Below, piece by piece: positions 58,501 through 64,000 of a DNA stretch of 64,000 nucleotides. Positions within the stretch are counted from its first letter, which is position 1. Each line of letters begins with the position of its first letter. The notes under the pieces were generated by a model. The model made no database searches. It saw nothing but the letters and a program-made list of their open reading frames with translations, and was not told the origin of the DNA. Made by a program: the position numbers and the translations under genes. Source of the stretch: Tubulanus polymorphus (taxonomy: Eukaryota > Animalia > Nemertea); contig NC_134025.1 in the NCBI RefSeq assembly GCF_964204645.1, positions 25,276,299 to 25,340,298 of the forward strand. The letters run 5' to 3'.

Positions 58501-60338
58501 TATAAATTAACTCTTCGTCAACAGATTCCGCAATTTGAGTGAAGGAATTTTCCCATCTGTTGAAATTTCTGACTGTGAAGATAACGACTTGACGCGCAAT
58601 GATTATGAGCTTGCCATTAAGAGGCTAGATGCATTTGAAAAGAAGTTAGATGATAAAGCTAAAAGCGATAAAAAAAAGAATAAGCAAAAGAGAAAATTAG
58701 GTGCGTATTAGGTCATTCGCTTTGTCCAATGTTCTTAGAGTATGATGCGCATTTATTTTTTTTTTTTTGGTTTTTAGATGAAAGTGATGATGAAATTGAC
58801 ATTGATGCTGAAGATGATGATGATAGTGAAAATGAAAAATTGAAAAAACCAAAACGTAAAAAGTCAGGAAAAGGAAAAGAGAAGGCTGCATCAGCATCTG
58901 GTGATAGTGAAGAATGCGTTTTGGTAGGCGCTGATTCGGTGCCCAAAGAAGATGCGCCCAAATCGGAAGTAAAGACGACGAAAGGTAGAAAGAATAAATC
59001 AAAGAATAATAATGATACTGTTAGTCATGATACTGTGATAAATAACCAGCAAAATGGTAATGTTTACGTGAATAAAGAGCTTGATGAAGTCGTCATATTC
59101 CCTAAAAAACCGAAGCAAACAGAATCATCGGCCGAGCCTGCGTCAAGGAAAAAGAAGGCAACTCACGGAAAAAAGCGAAAACTATGTGATGCTAGCTTGA
59201 CTGCCGAATCATCCGAAGAAATCTCAACACCTAGTAAAAAAAGTCAAAAAGGTGAAACGCCAAGTAAAAAAGCTAAGAAGAATGAGGCTGCTACTCCCAA
59301 AGCTCCATTGAAAGACCAGAAAAGCTCTGAAGATGATTCTGAAGTTAATGTACTGTCATCTTTTAAACAAAATCGAATGCGAGCAATGGATTTTATGGAG
59401 CTTGAGAATGAAGAAAATAAATCTACACCAAATAAATTTGGATCTAAAAAGCAGAAAACTCCAAAGTCTGGGAAAAAAGCTCTTAAAAACTCGGAGAAAG
59501 TTGAACAAGAGATGAAAACCCAGCCTTCAACTCCTTCAACGAAAGAAAATACATCCAATGCTGTAGAAATGAAACCAAAAAGTATTAAGAAAGTTAAAAC
59601 TCCTAAGAGTTCAGTCAAAAGAAATGAGGAAGATAAAACTTCTATATCAACAACTCCTACCACAAAGAATTTAACTAAAACTCCGAAACAGGATTTCATC
59701 ACATTTGATAAATTATCCAAGGCACCTCCAGCATTTGTTAAGAAGGCAGTGAAAAAAGCAACTCCAAAACAGAAAACTCCGGTTTCAAGTCCAGCAGTGA
59801 AGGTAAGCTTTTGGATTGCTCCAAACAGCTCAAGCCTATGTGGTGTGGTCTCAGTAGGCTAGGGTTGAGTGTATACTATATAATCTGATTTCCGTCAACA
59901 TGTTTTTCTTTTCATTCAGTCATTACTAGCTACCGGTACACCAGAATCTGAAAAACGAGTTGCCTTCAAGCCCAGTGTTACAGTCAAAGGTATTTATTTC
60001 TTACCATAATTTTATGATATATATTTTTTGTTGCGGGATAGAGTTTGATATGATTGACTGATATTGGTTAATTTTGTATTCCAGCATTTAGAAAGAGTAC
60101 CCCCCTGAATACAACGGGTGCATTCAGTCCAGTCTCAAAGCCCGGAAATGGTATACTGAAAGAATCGCCTCTTCCAGCTGGTACACCGGTTACAATCAAG
60201 AAATCGTATTTGAATAGCATGAAAAATAGCCCAAAAGTGCAGTCACCACTTGTAAGGACACCAGCCAACAAAAAACAAACAACTACACCGAAGATGATCT
60301 CGACGCCTGGTAGTAAAAAGAAGAAATCGCCTAAATAA
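52536..60338 (+). CDS. RRP1: Ribosomal RNA processing protein 1 homolog (Nop52 domain; RRP1B-like long basic tail)
   Basis: Exon 1 [25 protein letters not shown]; exon 2 (56223) [19 protein letters not shown]; [16 protein letters not shown]; GLKMHL..IYWEEL; Lys/TP-rich tail with RVxF-type KRVAF; stop at 60336-60338. Confidence 0.92.
53416..55412 (+). CDS. Tigger/pogo transposase-derived protein (TIGD/CENP-B-like), two coding exons (53416-54717, 55062-55412), nested in RRP1 intron 1
   Basis: CENP-B N-terminal HTH ([18 protein letters not shown]), HTH_Tc5 ([21 protein letters not shown]), DDE_1 with [15 protein letters not shown] and QPMDAGI; phase-0 GT-AG intron; C-terminal PIP-box QTSMLDFF; no flanking TIRs seen. 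Confidence 0.9.
54776..54953. mobile_element. pogo/Tigger-type MITE with TA TSD inside the intron of the TIGD-like gene
   Basis: ta|cagtagaaccacatcattaacaa ... ttcgttgtaacgaggttccactg|ta. Confidence 0.75.
56844..57786 (+). mobile_element. Non-autonomous Helentron/HINE (DINE-1-like) element carrying ~150-bp tandem repeats, with its 3' module duplicated
   Basis: T-run start; subterminal IR gcccacttggga (56850) vs tcccaagtgggc (57350 and 57752), each 3' copy followed by a short stem-loop and ctagtt; repeat anchors at 56992, 57145, 57292, 57391, 57545 and 57694. Confidence 0.75.
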
Positions 60339-60875
60339 TGTAGACTTCTCTAGCAATGAATATTAATGAATGTTTTAATCTGTTAAAAAAGCATATCTGC
60401 TGTATCAAATTAAGGAAAACCATGAATCATGAGGAAAGTGGCATGTTTGAATTATGTTCGTTTAACCTGTTAAATCTCAATGAATTCCTGTAGACCTTGT
60501 AAAAGTACAATTTATAACTTATGCTTAGTGATGTAAATAAATTGGCATCATATTATATTAAGAGTTTTCAGTGTATGTTTATGGGTTTTGATACATGTAT
60601 AGCAGGTAGATCATATTCCATCTTATTCTCGAGCACAGTGGCGATTCTTGGAATTTTAGTAAAATCTAATTATCAGTCGTGGACAGATATAATTTGGTGG
60701 TGGGCAAGTTCTGAATACTCGTAGAACAGCTGATCTACGAAAAGAGAAGGTAACCATCAACTGCTGCCACCTGGTGAATGCTGTCAGTAAATTGATTCAC
60801 AGCGCTATCACGGTGTCAGCGAAGTAAGAGCTCCAAAACCCATCAAATTGTGTATGATTAGACTCCAGCTCGACG

Positions 60876-62655
60876 ATGCGCACTTTACGTGACGTATTTA
60901 AGATAATTGGAGACCAACTAGGTCTTTCCGCCAAGGACTTCGATGTGTTAAGACAACTGGCGTTCACATTCTTGCCGCAGGATTTGCACGATGGAGAAAT
61001 AGCGGATGGTTTTACGTTTCTGTTGGCCCTACAGAAAGCTGGCAGATGCGACGACTCTAACTTCTTCCATATAATCCGTCTCCTGAAAAGTCTGAAACGT
61101 CCTGACCTGATCAAATACGCCAGTAGAAATGAAAACACTATTGGTAAGCATAAGGATAAGAAAATGGCCACCAAGTGAGGTATTATGGTACATATCGACC
61201 CCATGGGCCATCCTAAAATAATTTAATCAGAAGGGCCTGAGGATTCAAAATCGATACAATTAGGGTCAGGGCTAGTTCCAATATTCAATCATCGGTGCGT
61301 TCTGATTGGATTATCCCATACCACGCATACGCAAATGTGTGCGACTTGGGAAATTCATGGAAAGTGGAAGCTAGATTTAGAGATAATGGAGCGGACAGCG
61401 GTATTCGAACCCAGGCCAGCATACTATACTGCTAGCGCAGCGTCTCCCCACTAGACCACTGAAGCTCATGGAATTCCACTGAATGTTTTAACTATCGCTA
61501 TCTCTGATCCTAACCCTCTGTACCAATTTCTCACCCTTTTGGGGCGTTTTCTCCCCCCCTAAAATGGAACCTAACCCTACATTAGTACATCTAATGATAT
61601 ATAGAGGGCGGTATAATCGATCAACACTTGCATATTGGAACTAGACCTAACCTTAATTTAGTCCGGAGAATATAACAATTCTATACTTTTGTTGATATTT
61701 TGGTCACTGAACTGTTTATCCCAATGATGGGCAATATCACCTGACCTACTCGAATTTCCACCCAGTGTAACACCGTACTTATAGTGCAGTTGACCAGACC
61801 TGTTAAACCACCCCAGGTTACTTATTGAAATTTTTCCTCTGCGTCTTTCAGTCGAAAATGACCCTCTTGAGGAACACTTTGAATCGATGCACGCTGAAAA
61901 ATTTGGTGTTTATTGCTCTAATTGTGATGCCGCTTCTCGCAAACGCCGAAAGAGAAGTCCTTGGAGTCATAGAAAACGAAGGAAGACATCGGACGGTTCG
62001 TCCGTATCGGATTCTACTGAAGAAAGAGTGACTTGTGGTAAGTAAAGCTGTAACATCAAACTTTTCATGTTGATTCGATGGGTTTTCGTTATATTTGGAA
62101 GAAATGTTTTGCAGATATTCGTTTGCGAGTACGGGCTGAGTGCAGTCAACATGAATCAGCACTACAGGGTGCTATTGTATCGCAGAAAGAACACTTATTA
62201 GAGAGGCAATTCGAGAAATTTGACCAGGCAAATACGATTCTGAAATCCAGGGATTTAGGTTCTATAGTTTGTGATATAAAGTTTTCTGAATTGACATATC
62301 TGGATGCATTCTGGCGTGATTACATCAATGGTTCATTACTGGAGGCATTGAAAGGAGTATTCATTACAGGTGAGACAAATTTCATTCAATGAAGCGTACT
62401 TCTTGACAATAGTCAAAACTTAGTTGACAATGATGTAAACAGGGTTCATGGTAGTCAATGAAAGTCTTTGAATGAATTTTGGTTATCATATTTTCAGAAT
62501 CATTGAAGCAAGCAGTAGGCCAAGAAGATATTCAGCTTTGGGTCAACGTTGATGAAGATGATTATGAATCGGGCCGACGAAAACTGCTGCCAAACCTCAG
62601 AAATATTCACAAGTGCAACAACATGACATCGCCGTCAAAAAATTCTCATAATTGA
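60876..62655 (+). CDS. DEDD: Death effector domain-containing protein. Exons approx. 60876-61143, 61852-62057, 62115-62369, 62498-62655
   Basis: DED with FLLALQKAGRCDDSNF and RPDL; basic NLS RKRRKR; highly conserved C-terminus DIRLRVRAE..LERQFEKFDQANTILKSRDLGSIVCDIKFSELTYLDAFWRDYINGSLLEALKGVFIT..VNVDEDDYE. Confidence 0.95.
61261..61655. mobile_element. TIR element (~395 bp) in DEDD intron 1 enclosing a tRNA-like sequence
   Basis: tagggtcagggctagttccaatattcaa matches the reverse complement of 61628-61655 at 24/28. Confidence 0.65.
61396..61466 (-). other. tRNA-derived (SINE head/pseudo-tRNA) sequence
   Basis: The minus strand reads agcttcagtggtctagtgggg...ctgggttcgaataccgctg, with A-box TGGTCTAGTGG and B-box GGTTCGAATA; no convincing acceptor stem. 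Confidence 0.55.
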
Positions 62656-63868
62656 TGTTTTCAATGGGGCTCTGAAAATGTAGGCTTAAACGCTCATAAC
62701 CAGCAAGCAGCACATGTTCATACTGGTATATGTTCTCAAGAAGTATTCTCATTTACTCATTTCCATTTCCTGATAAATGCGAAAGAGTATTATGCTACTG
62801 GGGATGAAATGCAATTATAGTTAAGAAAGTTTTATTATTTTTCAAATTAAATCAATAATGTTGCTTGAAGTGCATCGGCGAATGACTGATAGTAAGTTAT
62901 TGTCCAGAAATAAGCAATGCGCAAAGTACTGTATGTATATTTGTAAGTGCGATGTTTTTTCAACCCAAGTAACACTATATAATATAGGAGGGATTTGAAT
63001 ATTGACATGCCGCATAGAAACAGTTTATGAATTGTACTACACTTAAATTACGTTTTCTATAGAAACCAGGACTCTTGAGTTAGAGTAAAACAGTTCATTT
63101 TCAAATGTCTAAACTTCCTCTAAAGTCGGATTATGATAACTAAGAACTGGTTTCAAACTTACTTGAATCTGGATTAGTTAATTTGATTGGCAGCAATTAA
63201 GAGATTTCATCCTCCTAGAGGTAGTGTAATAATTTTTTTAAGGCACTTGCCAAGTGTACTAAAATTTGTATATAAATATATTTATCAGACCGGCGTTGAT
63301 AAAATGGTAATGTTTAACATCGCTAATGATGAATTGGTCCCTCTTTGATAATACAGCAATAGTAATTGTTCCTCTTTATTAGCACTAAAACCAAGTGGTT
63401 TCAATTGTTTTGTTTATAATCGATATAAAGTTAAGTAGTAAGAGGTCTATTAATATTATACACTTCAATTTCTGCTGCAAAGGCCTCAAAACTGTATATA
63501 TGTGTCTTGTTTATCTTGTAAATAAAATAAACTGTTACTATTATGTTTTGATTATTACCCAGGTCCAAGAGAAACATTTTTTTTCTAAGATGATTTTGGT
63601 AATTATTTAGACGTAGATGAAATTACCGTTGATGTCTACAGTCTTATATTTCTTGTGTTTATGTTGATGTAAAAAATTTAATACGTTTCTTGAATTCTTG
63701 TGCTGTAATAAATGTCTTTTTGTATACAACAATAACGTATCATTATTCGATTAATTGAAGGTTGAAGGCCCAGCCTCTTACACGCTGAGCATTCATTATT
63801 CTGCCTGCTAAAAAATTGATCAGATCTTACGGAGTCCGGTGATCCTCACAACCGAAATTAGGGGTAAA

Positions 63869-64000
63869 AGTGGAACCTCGTTACAACAAACTCGGGTACT
63901 AGAAAATATGTTCATTATATCCTGAAAGAAATTATTAAGATAGTCCTGTTTGGGAAAAAAGATGTAATAACCGATAAATCGTATTATCTAAGGTCATTAT
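63869..64000. mobile_element. Left end of a pogo/Tigger-type MITE, probably truncated by the window edge
   Basis: agtggaacctcgttacaacaaac matches the TIR at 54930-54953. Confidence 0.55.

Noticed and set aside
61396-61466. Functional tRNA gene
   Set aside because: A and B boxes are present, but I could not build a proper acceptor and anticodon stem, and it lies inside a repeat.

Overview
Gene-dense, AT-rich animal (invertebrate bilaterian, probably lophotrochozoan; inference) genomic DNA with short spliceosomal introns. There are no prokaryotic features. Gene order: MRPS31 (-, runs off the left edge) | 3.3 kb non-autonomous TIR element with an internal satellite | OSTM1 (+) | MEAF6 (-) | TRMT2B (+) | MAP7/ensconsin (-, ~28.5 kb, with microexons, several candidate first exons and a 4.87 kb giant exon) | PPP2R1A (-) | RRP1/RRP1B (+), with an intron-containing pogo/Tigger-derived (TIGD-like) gene nested in intron 1 and a Helentron-like repeat element in a later intron | DEDD (+). 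Three head-to-head gene pairs and many MITEs are present. The most notable observations are: the giant acidic MAP7 exon ending in stop+GC donor; a possible membrane-anchored MAP7 N-terminus; a nested transposase with an intact DD32D triad that carries a pogo-type MITE in its own intron; a mobile tandem repeat carrying CTCF-like motifs; a TIR element splitting a tight bidirectional promoter; and a P-element-like excision footprint. All exon boundaries were read by eye. Homology calls rest on recalled motifs, not database searches.
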